Positions 48,869-60,993 are shown, counted from the stretch's first letter. The stretch is 64,000 nucleotides of DNA from an uncultured delta proteobacterium (GCA_963699755.1 CAVOVB010000001.1:1728001-1792000); one strand, 5' to 3'. Program-made: numbers and translations. The notes: generated from the sequence alone by a model not told the origin.

Positions 48869-51222
48869 ATGAGATTCTGGCTTTGCTTCATTTTGGGTTT
48901 CGCTGCGTTTGCGGCGGTGGCGCTGGCCCAGGATGTGCTGGCGCCCAAGGTGAAGTCGCTCCCTGGCATCGAGGTGCCAGCTGGCGTGGAGACGCCGGAG
49001 TCAGGTCTCGTGCGGGTCATGGTGCGTATTGATCCAGACGGGAAGGGAGTCGTAGAGAAATGCGACGCTGGCCGCGCGCTTTGCGATCTGGCGATCGAGG
49101 CGATTCGGCAGGCGGAGTTCGAGCCCGCGACCCGCGACGAAACCCCGGTGCCGTCGGAGATCAGCGTCGAGCTTCGCGTGAGGAAACCGGTCGCCGAGGA
49201 AGCTCCCGGAAGGGGCTTCTGCAGAAACTTTGCTCGAACCCGAGAGGATCGAAGTCGAAAAGGAGCTGGTCTTCTCCGAAACCGCCGAGGTGGACGCGCG
49301 TGTGCAGGTGCCGATCAGGCTGGAGCTCGATGGAGTCCGAAGTATCCCCGGGACCTTTGGCGAGCCGTTTCGAATTCTCGAGATGATGCCGGGCACCGTG
49401 CCGGTCGCCAACGGCCAACCCTACGTTTACGTTCGTGGCGCCCCGCCGTCGGGGACGGTCTATCTTTACGACGACATTCCGGTTCCTTTGCTGTTTCACT
49501 CCGCCCTTGGCCCCGCGACGCTGCACTCGGGTCTCATCGGCGGGATCGAGCTCTACTCCGGCGCGGCACCCGCTCGCTACGGGCGAAGTACCGGTGGTGT
49601 CGTGGCTGGGACGGCTCGCGGAATTCCAAGCGATAGAGTCCATGGGGAAGCCGAGCTTCGCGCGATCGACGTTTCTGCCCTGCTCAACGTTCCGATGCCC
49701 AAAGAGGGATCGATGACGTTTGCGGGCCAGTACGGCTTTCCGAACCTCTTGCTCGGCGCGATCGGTGTCGATGCCGACGTGAACTACTGGGACTACCAGT
49801 ACCGCACCGGCGTTGCGATGAGCTCTCGATCACGCTTCGAGATGGTCGCGTTTGGCGGCAGGGACAATTCGGTCTTCGACGCCAGCAATGCCCAAGAACG
49901 GCTCGGCTTCGACCTCCAGTTTCACCGGGCTGAAGCCCGCTTCATCGGAAAGCTCGAGAAATGGGACTTCGTCGGAACGATGCTCTACGGATACGACTTC
50001 TCCAATGTCGAAGATGCTTCGCTCAGCGCGGTCTCCAACGCGGGCGCGAACATTCATCGGTTTGGACCGAGGTTCTGGGCGACCTACGGTGCCCCCAAAG
50101 TGCAGGTCCGGGTCGGTGGGGACCTCGAGGGCCTCTTCGGTCCGGCGGATTGCACCGAAACCGGCGAAATCGGTGAGCTGCCGACGATCCCGAGCGTATC
50201 GACCCCATGTGACCGTGAATTCGCGCAGCAAGATCGACGAGTCATCGCTGGCGCGTTCGTCGATGCAAATCTGTCGCTGGTCCCGTGGTTGGATCTTTCG
50301 CTCGGCGTCCGCGCGGATATGTGGAGCACCGGTGGCTTCCGGAACGCGGCGGTCAATCCACGCGCTCGAGCGACGTTTCACGCGTACGAAGTCGCGGACA
50401 TCTTCGTTGGATGGGGGCTTGGCGCCAGGCCCGCGACCTTTGCGATTCCACTCCCTGGGCTTGGTGACGTGCCTCTGGAGGCCGGCCTCCAGTACGCCAA
50501 CCAGACCGAGGGCGGAGTTCGATTTTACCTGCCACACGACCTCACGTTTGAAACGCGCGGCTATCTCAACATCTATCGGGACCTTCGCTTCGTCGACATC
50601 TTCACCAATCCGCAGATCACCGGCAGGCACCCCTCAGAATCCCTTCCCCGCCGGCACGATCGACGACTCCGCGGACGGGAAGAGCTACGGCTTGGAAGTG
50701 CTGCTTCAACGTCCATTCGAGGTCGGATTTTCCACCCTCGTGAGTTATACACTTGGCTTCAGCGACCTCACCGCCACAGGCGCGTTGCTCGACGGAAGCA
50801 CACAGTCCTTCGATTACACCCCGTCTTACGACGTTCGCCACGTCATGAATGGTGTGCTCGCCTGGAGAGCCAAGTTTGGTCTCATGATCAGCGCGCGCGT
50901 GTTTGCCAGGTCAGGCCGAGCGGAAGGGTGGCTCTGGCTGGACCAGGCAGGCGCCATTCAGCAGTACGTGCAGCGCGTCCCCTGGTTCGTGCGGCTCGAC
51001 GCGAAGATCGCCTACGAATGGGCTAAGCCCGACCGACGCATGCGCGTGGCGCTCGAGTGGATCAACATCACCCAGGCGCGGGACGCTCAAGAGATCGACT
51101 CGTCGGTCATGACGGCGCCTCCGCAGTGCCAGTGGCGTGTCGGCGTTCCGGACCAGCCGTGCCCGATCCGGTTTACGACCGCCATCTGGTTTCCGAACCT
51201 CTCGTTTCGTGCGGTTTTCTGA
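48869..51222 (+). CDS. TonB-dependent receptor with N-terminal TonB-C-like domain, two +1 frameshifts
   Basis: signal peptide, FEPATRD, plug IPGTFGEPFR...YVRG...ARYG, C-terminal F; shifts near 49207 and 50621, repaired 783 aa. Confidence 0.82.
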
Positions 51223-51228
51223 GACAGC

Positions 51229-53449
51229 TCAGCGCTCTGCGACACCGATGCCGGACCAATGCCCGGTGTCGAGCGCGCCGGCGGCCGGTGTCACATCCAC
51301 CAAGAAGCCGGTGAGGTTCGCCATGCCGGAGACCCGCTCGAGCTTGTCGGGGCCGTCCGCAGCGAGGAGGTTGACGTTGACGCCGGTCGTCTTGCTTGCC
51401 ACGCCCATCTTGCTGTCCTGATGGCCCCAGCCGTGCGGTAAAGCGACCGAACCCGGCATTAGCTCCGAGAGAAGCTTCACCGGGACGCGAACCGCGCCCG
51501 TTTCGGTCGACACGTCGGCCAGGTCGCCCTCGGCCAGCCCCGCGCGAGCCGCGTCCTCGGGGTGCATGTACAGATGATTCGTCCCGCGTTCTCGCGAAAC
51601 GAACTCGTCGATGTTGTGGGTCCACGAATTGTGCGTGGTGATGGCACGCTTGGTGATGAGCTTGAGCTTGTCTTTGGTGTCGAGCTCGAGCTGAAAATCG
51701 GCTTCGAGCTTTTGCGCCTGTGTTACGAACACGTTCGGGTGCGAGGTGCACCTTTTTATCGCCGTGAATGACACGCTTGCCGAGGAAACTACCCGGGTCG
51801 TGCTGGGGTCGTAAGCGTCCGTGCTTTTCCTTCAAGAGCTTCTTGAAGCTGCCTTGTTTCGTCGCGCGGAGCAGGCCCGAGAGCAGGAGCTCTTGTGGGA
51901 TCGAAGGCTGCTTTCCCCGTTTGCCGAGCGAGCTCAGCGTTTTGGCGGCTTCGAAGGTTCGCTGGGCGGCCGCGGAGCCCCACAAATTGACCCCACTTGC
52001 TTTGGCGATGTCCACGTAGATGCTGGCCTCGTCGCGCTGCTCCCCTTGAGGGGGAACGACGGCGCGTGTCGCCTGCAGATACGGCTTCATTTGAAGCCCG
52101 AGCATCAGGGGGAAGACGAAGGGAAGGTCCGGCCTCTGAAATGGTGAAGTGCAGGGAAGGACGTGGGTGGCGACCGATGCCGTCTCGCTCGGCTGAATGT
52201 CGAGGACGACGAGCAGCTCCAACTCTTTGAAGGCATCGCGAAGGCGTTCGGAGTTCGCCATGGTGATCAAGGGATTGCCGCCGGTGACGAAAAGGGCTTT
52301 GATTTGCCGGTCACCAGGGGTGAGGATTTCGTCCGCCAAGATTCCGCCGGGCATCGAATCGTTGACCGACTGGAACTTACCAATGCGGCTCTGTTTTTCG
52401 CTCAAGAGCACGCCGGTCTTTTTGCCAAAGGCGGCAAAATCGATGATACCGGTGCTCACGAGCGTCCCGCCCTTGCGGTCGAGGTTACCGGAGATCGCAT
52501 TGATGCATTCCTGCAACCAGAACGCGAGCGAACCGTTGGTGCCCATGTTGACGCCGGTCGAACAGTAGAGCGCCGCGCCGTTGGCTTCGCGGTAGGCACG
52601 CACCAATTTGCGCAGCGTATCGGCCGGAATGCGCGTGACTTCGGCGGTGCGCTCGGGAGGCCAGGCTTCTGCGACGCGGCAGAGCTCGTCGAAGCCGGTC
52701 ATGTGCTCGTCGATTCGCGCGCGATCGATTTCGGCGGTCGCCAGGAACTCGTGCAGAAACGACAGATAGAAGAATACGTCGGTGTTCGGACGGATGAACA
52801 CGTGCTCACCGGCGACTTTCGCCGTCTCGGTGCGGCGCGGATCGACGACGAAGATCTTTGCACCGCGGGACTCGATCTCTTTGAGACGCCGAATTGGGTT
52901 CGACACCTGAAGGAAGCTCCACTTCGAGATGGCCGGATTCGCGCCGACGATGATCAGGCAGTCGAGGTTCTCGAGGTCTGGGAACGGTTGGGTGAACGGA
53001 AATCCGTAGACCTCGCGGGCAACCGAAAACTTGTTTGCGCAATCTTGTGTCGCCGATGAAAACATGCTGGCCGAGCCCACGCCCTGCATGAAGCCCTGCG
53101 CAAAGACAGGGTGCAGCACACCGAAGCCGGCCGCCGTGCCGACGTACATCGCAATGCTGTCACTGCCGTGATTGTCGATCAGCTCGCGAACCTTGGTGCC
53201 GATACTGCCGAGCGCGTCGTCCCAGCTCACACGCTGAAGCTCACCGTCGACTCGCTGCATCGGGTAGAGCAGACGGTCGGGCGTGTCGTACATCTGATGC
53301 TGCTTGAGCCCCTTGAGGCATCCGAATCCTCGCGTCGCGACGTGGTCGTCGTCGGGCTTGATGTCGACGACCCGGTCGCCCTCCACCGTGACTTCGAGCC
53401 CGCAAAGGGCCTCGCAAATCCGGCAAAACGTCTGCACTGTCTCGGCCAT
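51229..53449 (-). CDS. molybdopterin (bis-MGD) oxidoreductase, one +1 frameshift
   Basis: CRICEALC...C Fe-S motif, GANP, DPRRTETA, HNSW, MHPEDA, LPHGWG; shift near 51737, repaired 739 aa. Confidence 0.88.
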
Positions 53450-53470
53450 GATCAGCCGAGTCTATAGGGC

Positions 53471-55660
53471 CTAGTCTTGGTGGATCAACTCGTCGAAGGC
53501 CCGATTGACGTCGTCCATGGATTCTAGGAGCAAATCGTCGCCAGAGCTCTCGCGTGGGCCGCCAAGACGCTCCAAACGCTGATCGACCTCTCGGTATCGT
53601 GGCTCCCGCTGGAAAGTGTACTGATAATGCAAACGCGCCTGGTCGGTCAGTCCACTGGCTTCGCAGGCCATGCCGAGCTCGTAGTGCAAGCCCACGGACT
53701 CGGCCGCGGTCTTCTCCGGACTTTCGAGACCGGATTGGAAGGCTTCGATCGCGTCGCGGGGCTGACCCTCTTCCATGTAGATGAGGCCGATCATCGTCCA
53801 GCAGAGGCAGCGTCGCCGCGGATCGGACATGGCTACCTGGAACTCTCGCCGTGCGTCGGCGTGCAGGCCCATCTCTTTGTAGGCGATGCCGAGGTCGAAG
53901 TGTGTGTCGCTGTCGTCGTCAGCCACCTGCTCGGCAACGCCCGCCTTGAACTGCTCGAAGACGGTTTCGACGTCAATCATCTCGGAGCCATCGTCGAGCG
54001 GCGCAAGCTCGGAGACTTCGGCAAGCTCCTCGGCGAGCTTCTCCGCGAAGTCGAAGCCCTCGTCGCCCGGTTCCAGCTCCTCGTACTCGAGCTCCACATC
54101 TGGCGCGTCCGATATCGAATGTGCCGGAGCCGAAGGCTGGATGAGTGGCTGCGCGACTGCCGAGATTCCCGAAGAGGCGGCCGCGAGCGCTTCGATTTCG
54201 CGCGCTTTGTCGAGCACGAGTGGATGGTCGGGCAGGGTCAGCTGAAGCTCGCTCACAATCGCGCGCGCCTGTGTGAATAGGCCGTCGACCAAATAGGAAT
54301 CGGCGAGCTCCAGCGTCTGCTCCATCAGGCTCGGGGCAAGTGCACCGGTGGCTGGAGCGACCTGGGTGCTCAGCAGCGGAAGCGCCAGGAACTCCGAATA
54401 GCTCATCGGGGATGTGGTTTGCATCGGGATCACACGCGCCCCGGTTGGCGTGCGCGGGGCCGATGGCACCGACGGGTAGGACCCTCCCAAGTCGGTAGGC
54501 TCCTCGGAGAGCGCCGGCAACGAACCGGTCATCGTGCTTCCTTCTTCGATGTCCTCGTCGACATACATGATGCCCGAGGTACCGGTCAGGCTGGAAGCAT
54601 CACTGAGGCCGGTCGCGTCGCTCACGCTCGATACGGCGTTCAGGCTAACCGACCTGCCGCTCAGCTGGGAACCATTGCTCAGCTGTGCGGCCGAAACCGA
54701 GCTGGAAGGCCTCGTGGGCGGACGCGCCGCGCTCGAAGGAATGAAGTGTTGTCCCGAGGCCGACGCTGTCTTCTGCAACGCTGCCTGTGCCTCTTGATCG
54801 TTTGGATTGAGCTGCAGAATGCGGTGCAATGCGCTCATGCGCTCCTGAGGCCGATGCGCCTCCCGGTGAATGCGTGCGATTTCGCGATAGACGCTGATGG
54901 CCTTGTCGGTCTGCGACAGCATCAAGAAGGCCTCTGCGAGCAGCGAAAGGGTCGAAACGTCACGTGGATCGGCCTTGAAGCAGATTTGCAGCTTAGCGAG
55001 CGCGCGCTTGGGATCGCGACGCTCGATGTACGTTTCCGCAAGCTCCCGTGCGACTTGGACGTCGTTGCTGCGGTGATACAGCAGCCGCTCAGCGACTTTG
55101 AGATAGTCCTCGAGTCGGCCTTGCTCTTTCAATAGCAACGCGCCTTGTTCGAACTCGTTTGCGGCGTCTTGCGTCCGGCCCGCTCTCGAAAGAGCCTCGG
55201 CGTACTTGATTCGAACGGGAATGTGCTCCGGATCGATGTCGACGATCTTGCCCAGCATCACCAGGGCTTGCTCGGTGTCCCCTGCGCGCGCGAAGGCGTT
55301 TGACACGTCTTCGAACACGCTCATGGCGTCGCTCACCAATTGCAGCTGCTCATACATTTCGCCGAGCCGCACTTGGGCGTCGAGTCGCGAAGGGTCGAGT
55401 TTCAGGATCTGCTTGTAGACTGCGATGGCCTTCAGAAAGAAGCCCTGCGCAGCGTAGTGTGTCGCGACGATTTCGTACGTCTTGATCGCCGTGCCGCGGT
55501 TGCCGGCGCGCACGTGCAGATCGCCAATCTTCAGCAGGGAACGAACGTCGCGCTTATCCGCAGCCACCAGCTTCTGGTACTGCGCGATAGCCTTGTCGTA
55601 TTGGCCGCGCGACTGGTACTTCCGCGCCGCGTCCAAGACCTTATTCCTGTTAATAGCCAA
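53471..55660 (-). CDS. TPR protein, SgmX-like
   Basis: N-terminal TPR array, low-complexity linker, THFDLGIAYKEMGL C-terminal TPRs; directly after accC. Confidence 0.75.
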   Translation of the reverse strand: MAINRNKVLDAARKYQSRGQYDKAIAQYQKLVAADKRDVRSLLKIGDLHVRAGNRGTAIKTYEIVATHYAAQGFFLKAIAVYKQILKLDPSRLDAQVRLGEMYEQLQLVSDAMSVFEDVSNAFARAGDTEQALVMLGKIVDIDPEHIPVRIKYAEALSRAGRTQDAANEFEQGALLLKEQGRLEDYLKVAERLLYHRSNDVQVARELAETYIERRDPKRALAKLQICFKADPRDVSTLSLLAEAFLMLSQTDKAISVYREIARIHREAHRPQERMSALHRILQLNPNDQEAQAALQKTASASGQHFIPSSAARPPTRPSSSVSAAQLSNGSQLSGRSVSLNAVSSVSDATGLSDASSLTGTSGIMYVDEDIEEGSTMTGSLPALSEEPTDLGGSYPSVPSAPRTPTGARVIPMQTTSPMSYSEFLALPLLSTQVAPATGALAPSLMEQTLELADSYLVDGLFTQARAIVSELQLTLPDHPLVLDKAREIEALAAASSGISAVAQPLIQPSAPAHSISDAPDVELEYEELEPGDEGFDFAEKLAEELAEVSELAPLDDGSEMIDVETVFEQFKAGVAEQVADDDSDTHFDLGIAYKEMGLHADARREFQVAMSDPRRRCLCWTMIGLIYMEEGQPRDAIEAFQSGLESPEKTAAESVGLHYELGMACEASGLTDQARLHYQYTFQREPRYREVDQRLERLGGPRESSGDDLLLESMDDVNRAFDELIHQD

Positions 55661-55736
55661 AGCCCCTGCTAAGCCCCCGTGCGTTCAGTACACCCACACA
55701 AGTCTACTAATGCCGCACGGGCTCGGTCAACATGCA

Positions 55737-57071
55737 CTAGGAACGAAGCTCATCGAGGAATTTCGTGGAGATCCGGCCTTCCTCGAAGGCGGGGTGCTCC
55801 AGAATCCTTTGGTGAAGTGGGATGTTGGTGCGAATCCCTCCGATGATCGTCTCGCTGAGCGCTCGCCGCATCTTGGCGATTGCCTGCATACGTGTCGGTG
55901 CATGTACGATGAGCTTCGCGACCAAAGGGTCATAGTGCGGCGGCACGCGCCCCCCGCCATAAATACCGCTATCGACCCGCACCCCGGTTCCGCCGGCCAT
56001 GTGAAGCTCGGTGATGACGCCTGGCGAAGGCGCGAAGGTGTCCGGATCTTCGGCATTGATTCGGCACTCGATCGCGTGGCCGCGCGGAGTGAGCGGCTGG
56101 GCTGGGAGCTCCAGAGGCTGACCGTCGGCGATGCGAATCTGCTCGTTGACCAAGTCGATGCCCATGACGAGCTCGGTCACCGGATGCTCGACTTGGATGC
56201 GCGGGTTCATTTCGAGGAACGTCAGCTCGCCGCCCTCGTCGAGCAGGAACTCGAGCGTCCCGGCCGACAGGTAGCCGACTTCGCTCATCGCGCGGCGCAC
56301 GGTGGCCGACATATCCCTCCGCATCTCTTCGGTTAGCGCCACGCTCGGAGCCTCTTCTAGGATCTTTTGATGGCGCCGTTGGATCGAACACTCGCGCTCG
56401 CCCAACACATGGATGTTGCCTTGTTTGTCCCCGAGGATCTGAAACTCGATGTGTCTCGGGCGTTCGAGGTACTTCTCGAAGTACAGGGCGTCGTTCCCAA
56501 ACGCGGCCCTCGATTCGGCGCGAGCAGTTTCAAACACCGCGCGCAGCGCTTCTCTCGACTCCACCACGTGCATCCCGCGGCCACCACCACCACCCGAGGC
56601 TTTGAGGAGCACCGGGAAGCCCAGCCCCTCTGCTTTTCGAACCGCGTCTTCGATGTCCTCGATGACCTCGGTCCCATCGAGCGTTGGAAGGCCGAGCGAC
56701 TTCGCCAATGCTCGAGCGCTCACTTTGTCGCCCCAGAGCCGAATCTGTTCGGGAAGCGGCCCGATGAACTCGAGGCCGCACTGCGCGCAGGTTTCGGCGA
56801 ATTCGGGGTTCTCCGAGAGGAACCCGTAGCCCGGATGAACCGCATCGGCTCCCGTGATTTCAGCCGCCGCAATGATCGCAGGAATGTGCAGATAGCTTCG
56901 GCTGGGGTCCGCTGGACCGATGCAAATGGCTTCGTCCGCCAGCCGGGTGTGCAATGCATCGGCGTCGATTTCGCTGTGCACGGCGACGGTGCGTAGACCG
57001 AGCTCGCGACAGGTACGGATCACGCGAAGCGCGATCTCCCCTCGATTTGCGATGAGGACTTTCTCAAACAC
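55737..57071 (-). CDS. accC: acetyl-CoA carboxylase biotin carboxylase
   Basis: KVLIANRGEIA, HPGYGFLSEN, GGGGRGM, ERECSIQRRHQK. Confidence 0.96.
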   Translation of the reverse strand: MFEKVLIANRGEIALRVIRTCRELGLRTVAVHSEIDADALHTRLADEAICIGPADPSRSYLHIPAIIAAAEITGADAVHPGYGFLSENPEFAETCAQCGLEFIGPLPEQIRLWGDKVSARALAKSLGLPTLDGTEVIEDIEDAVRKAEGLGFPVLLKASGGGGGRGMHVVESREALRAVFETARAESRAAFGNDALYFEKYLERPRHIEFQILGDKQGNIHVLGERECSIQRRHQKILEEAPSVALTEEMRRDMSATVRRAMSEVGYLSAGTLEFLLDEGGELTFLEMNPRIQVEHPVTELVMGIDLVNEQIRIADGQPLELPAQPLTPRGHAIECRINAEDPDTFAPSPGVITELHMAGGTGVRVDSGIYGGGRVPPHYDPLVAKLIVHAPTRMQAIAKMRRALSETIIGGIRTNIPLHQRILEHPAFEEGRISTKFLDELRS

Positions 57072-57073
57072 CC

Positions 57074-57526
<453 letters not shown>

Positions 57527-57549
57527 GGTGTTCCCCGGCGGCGGTTTGA

Positions 57550-58005
57550 TCAGCCGGCAGCGTTCAGATAGTCGATTAGTGCGCGAAGGCCAAGCGCGTA
57601 GCTGTTCTTTCCAAAGCCAATCACAGAACCAATACACACCGCGGCGGTGACGGACTGATGACGAAACGATTCGCGCGCTGCGGTGTTTGAAATGTGCACT
57701 TCGACTACCGGCAGGCCAGTGGCCGAGATTCCGTCACGCAAGGACACGGAGGTGTGTGTGAGCCCCCCAGGATTGATCACGACGCCATCGAAGGAATCGC
57801 GCGCATCATGCAGCCAATCGATTAGCTCGCCTTCTTGATTCGACTGACGGCATTCGATCTTGGCGCCGAGGTCCTTGCCGAGCTTTTTGAGCGCCTTCTC
57901 GATGTCGGCGAGCGTCGTAGCGCCATAGACGTCGGGCTCGCGAGTCCCCAACAGGTTCAGGTTGGGCCCGTTGAGGACCAAGACGCGTTTGACCGAAGCC
58001 GCCAT
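57550..58005 (-). CDS. aroQ: type II 3-dehydroquinate dehydratase
   Basis: LNGPNLNLLGTREPDVYG, EVHISN. Confidence 0.96.
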   Translation of the reverse strand: MAASVKRVLVLNGPNLNLLGTREPDVYGATTLADIEKALKKLGKDLGAKIECRQSNQEGELIDWLHDARDSFDGVVINPGGLTHTSVSLRDGISATGLPVVEVHISNTAARESFRHQSVTAAVCIGSVIGFGKNSYALGLRALIDYLNAAG

Positions 58006-58009
58006 GGCG

Positions 58010-58366
58010 TCAGAGGTTTTCGAGCAACTTCGGTGCACTCGTTCGGAGCAGGAAGCGCGCCTTGCCGACGTTCCCGCCAGGCGCAACAGCGAGCGCCACG
58101 AAATACTCGTCCGTGAGCATGCGGACGACGGTCGTGAGCCGCTCGGTCTGCACCGAAACCTCGCTCGTCCCGCCGGTGTCGAGCATCTCGCCTGCTCGTT
58201 GAACGCCCTTGAGGACGACGCTGTACTCCATGCCAACGGCCTCGATGTCGAACGGTCCGTCACCCTTGGAATATTGGTCGATCGCGATCCCGTCCGACGC
58301 CATCAGCAGCCCGGCCACTCCGCCATCGGTTCGATCGACGAGGTCTTGCAGTATCTCTTTGAACAT
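58010..58366 (-). CDS. mglC: roadblock/LC7 protein, MglC-like
   Basis: LMASDGIAID...EYS...EVSV...GNVGKARFLLR; upstream of accBC and a TPR gene as in myxobacteria. Confidence 0.7.
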   Translation of the reverse strand: MFKEILQDLVDRTDGGVAGLLMASDGIAIDQYSKGDGPFDIEAVGMEYSVVLKGVQRAGEMLDTGGTSEVSVQTERLTTVVRMLTDEYFVALAVAPGGNVGKARFLLRTSAPKLLENL

Positions 58367-58439
58367 CGGTCCTCCGATGCGCAATTTCCGCACGGACCGC
58401 CCTTCCGGTCAAGTATCGCGTCGAGCGATCGGCGGTGTG

Positions 58440-59825
58440 CTAGCCGGCGTGGATCAGCTCGACGGTGAGGCCGCCGCCTTCGGTATCTCGGAGCTCGAGG
58501 CGAAGGCCATGGCGGTTGGCGACATCGCTGGCGATATGAAGCCCAAGTCCCATCCCGTGCGGGTGCCGGGTTCGTGCTTCACTACCGCGGAACGAGGGCT
58601 CTACGACCCTCTCACGATCCGCGTGAGAAATGCCCGGGCCGTCGTCGACCACCCGGAGCGCCCATCTGTCCGCGGATCCTTCGAGGATGACCGCCACGTG
58701 ACCATTGGCTCGGTTGTAGCGAATCGCGTTCTGAACGATGTTGCCCAGCGCCTGCTCGAGCAGGGTGAGGTCGCCGGGGAACTCGATCGCGGTCTCGGGC
58801 ACTGCGAGGTCAAGCCCGATTTGCTTGCGCTTCGCGATGGGTTGGTGCCTATCGACCACCCGCTCCACGAGACGGTTCAAGTCGATCGGGTCGCGATGGC
58901 TGAGCCCGTCGTTGGCTTCGAGGCGCGCGGCGGCGTTGAGGTTGTGAAGAAGCGAACCAAGGTACTGCGACTCCTCGAGGCTCGGGACGATCGCGTTGGC
59001 ATCGAGCGCATCGCCGGCTTCGATCCTCTGCTGGAGGGACACCAGATGGCCCTGCAAGACGCTCAGCGGAAGCATCACGTCGTGGGTCGTGTTTGCGATG
59101 TAGTCGCGGAGCGCCGCTTCACGTTCACGTAGCGAAGCCAGCTGTGCTTGGATCGTCTGGCGGCTCTGCTCGAACGCTGCGCCGAGCTCGGCGATTTCGT
59201 CGTTGCCCTGGACGTGAATGGGCTCTTCGGAGTCGCTGCCGAGACTGCGGACCGAATCGGTGAGCTGGCGCACACGGCCCACGATCGGGCCCGCGGCAAA
59301 GAGCGCAACCAAGATCACCACGAGCGCTACGAGAAATGCGGGCATCAGCACCGCGCCCGAAAACCAACGAGGCGGCCCTTTGGAGCGCATGAGCAAGACC
59401 GAGCAAGGGCCCTCGGTCCAGGGCATTCGAACCGCGACTTCCGTGCGGCGCTGACCGGGCGAGCGGTCAGTCGCAACCTCGCTCCCCGTTTCGAGTTGCT
59501 TTGCTAGCGCCGACGGGAATGCGGGACTCTCGGGATTGGCGCTCACGAAATTCGCGTCGTACGCGAAGACCCGGTGCCGTGGGAGTGCCTGGTGCGGAGG
59601 CCCCGGCGGCCGTCGAAGCCGCCGCGCACCTCTTTCGCCAGGCCAACGTTCCGGGTTGGCTTCGCATCGCTCTCGTCCACCGGATTCCATGCGGTGCACA
59701 GCGGCTTCGGCTAGCGCATCCACCCGCATCTGCGACTGCCAACGCGACTGCGCCCAACCGAGCAGCACCAGCAATGAAATCGCCGCCAGGCCGAGGGTCA
59801 GAGCCAATCGCGCCCGAAGCTTCAT
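58440..59825 (-). CDS. membrane HAMP sensor histidine kinase
   Basis: two TM, HAMP DEIAELG, THDVMLPL, NAIRYN, DDGPG, GMGLGL. Confidence 0.92.
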   Translation of the reverse strand: MKLRARLALTLGLAAISLLVLLGWAQSRWQSQMRVDALAEAAVHRMESGGRERCEANPERWPGERGARRLRRPPGPPHQALPRHRVFAYDANFVSANPESPAFPSALAKQLETGSEVATDRSPGQRRTEVAVRMPWTEGPCSVLLMRSKGPPRWFSGAVLMPAFLVALVVILVALFAAGPIVGRVRQLTDSVRSLGSDSEEPIHVQGNDEIAELGAAFEQSRQTIQAQLASLREREAALRDYIANTTHDVMLPLSVLQGHLVSLQQRIEAGDALDANAIVPSLEESQYLGSLLHNLNAAARLEANDGLSHRDPIDLNRLVERVVDRHQPIAKRKQIGLDLAVPETAIEFPGDLTLLEQALGNIVQNAIRYNRANGHVAVILEGSADRWALRVVDDGPGISHADRERVVEPSFRGSEARTRHPHGMGLGLHIASDVANRHGLRLELRDTEGGGLTVELIHAG

Positions 59826-60490
59826 GCGCCTCCCGATAGCCGGTAACCGATGCCCCACACGGTTTCGAGCTGAATCGCGTCCTTGCCGAGCTTGCTCCGG
59901 AGCCGTGAGATGTGGACGTCGAGTGTCCGTCGGCTCCCGTCTTGCGCCGGATCGAGCGCGGCGTCGACCAAGGCTTCCCGGGTGACCGCCGAACCTTTTC
60001 TTCTCGCGAGGAGCGCGAGAATCTCGAACTCCACGGGCGTCAGCGAAAGGCTTCCCGCCGCGTTGCTGACTTCGCGGCGCTCGAGGTCGACTTGAATGGC
60101 TCCAACGACCAGACGTTTGGTTCCTACCAGATTCGGCCGGCGCAAACAGGCTTGGATGCGCGCGACGAGCTCTTCGGGGAAAAACGGTTTGGTTACGTAG
60201 TCGTCGGCGCCGAGCTTGAGCCCGCGAATCTTGTCCGCCGTGTCGTCTCGCGCACTCAAGATCAGAACCGGAACTTCCGACTTCACCCGGTAGCGCTTGA
60301 GCAAGTCCATCCCGTAGGTGCCGGGCAACATCAGGTCGAGGACGATGACGCGGTAGTCGTCGGGGTCGAGGTCTCGCGCGGCGTCGCCGTCCTGTACCCA
60401 GTGGGGGTCGAACCCTGCTTGCGAAAGAGTCTGTACCACTTGCTGACCAAGGGCGACGTCATCTTCCACGAGCAGGATTCGATTGGACAC
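59822..60490 (-). CDS. OmpR/PhoB-family response regulator
   Basis: LVEDD, LDLMLP, GADDYVTKPF, DVHISRLRSKL, TVWGIGY. Confidence 0.95.
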   Translation of the reverse strand: MSNRILLVEDDVALGQQVVQTLSQAGFDPHWVQDGDAARDLDPDDYRVIVLDLMLPGTYGMDLLKRYRVKSEVPVLILSARDDTADKIRGLKLGADDYVTKPFFPEELVARIQACLRRPNLVGTKRLVVGAIQVDLERREVSNAAGSLSLTPVEFEILALLARRKGSAVTREALVDAALDPAQDGSRRTLDVHISRLRSKLGKDAIQLETVWGIGYRLSGGA

Positions 60491-60502
60491 CGAGTTCTCC
60501 AG

Positions 60503-60943
60503 TTAGTTCCGGTCTTGAGAATGATGACGCTCGAAGCGCTCTTCCATTCGCGCGACCTTGTGCTCTCGCTTCAGCAATCGAAGTGCCTCGCGCTGCTCAC
60601 AACTGAGGTTCGCATAGATTTGGTCCTCGGTCGCGAAACGAAGATCTTTCATGGCCGTGAACTTCTCTTTGCTGCGCGGCATGTCCCGGATCTCCTTACG
60701 CTGCGCCTGCGCCCGCTCCATGATGGCGCGGATGCTCGCCTCCTGCGCGTCGTTCAGGTCGAGCCGTTGGGTCATTTCGGTCAGATGCTCTTCCGTCTTT
60801 TCAGGTGACCAGGGCCCTCGTTCGCCGTGGGGGCCTCCGTGAGGGCCTCCGTGCGCGAACGCAACGCCTCCGACGGTCAGCGCGATTGCTGTGACGCCCC
60901 CCAGCAGGGCGGCGACGATGGTTGCTTTGTTGATGAACTTCAT
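60503..60943 (-). CDS. Spy/CpxP-like periplasmic protein
   Basis: signal peptide, LDLNDAQ and LSCEQR (LTxxQ-like) motifs. Confidence 0.7.
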   Translation of the reverse strand: MKFINKATIVAALLGGVTAIALTVGGVAFAHGGPHGGPHGERGPWSPEKTEEHLTEMTQRLDLNDAQEASIRAIMERAQAQRKEIRDMPRSKEKFTAMKDLRFATEDQIYANLSCEQREALRLLKREHKVARMEERFERHHSQDRN

Positions 60944-60993
60944 GAGTTTCCCTTTCTCGGAGGTTCCACCTCCTCATGAAGTAAAGGACTCGA

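Noticed and set aside
58380..58392. CGCAATTTCCGCA as another enhancer box
   Set aside because: Two mismatches, no partner site and no sigma-54 promoter nearby
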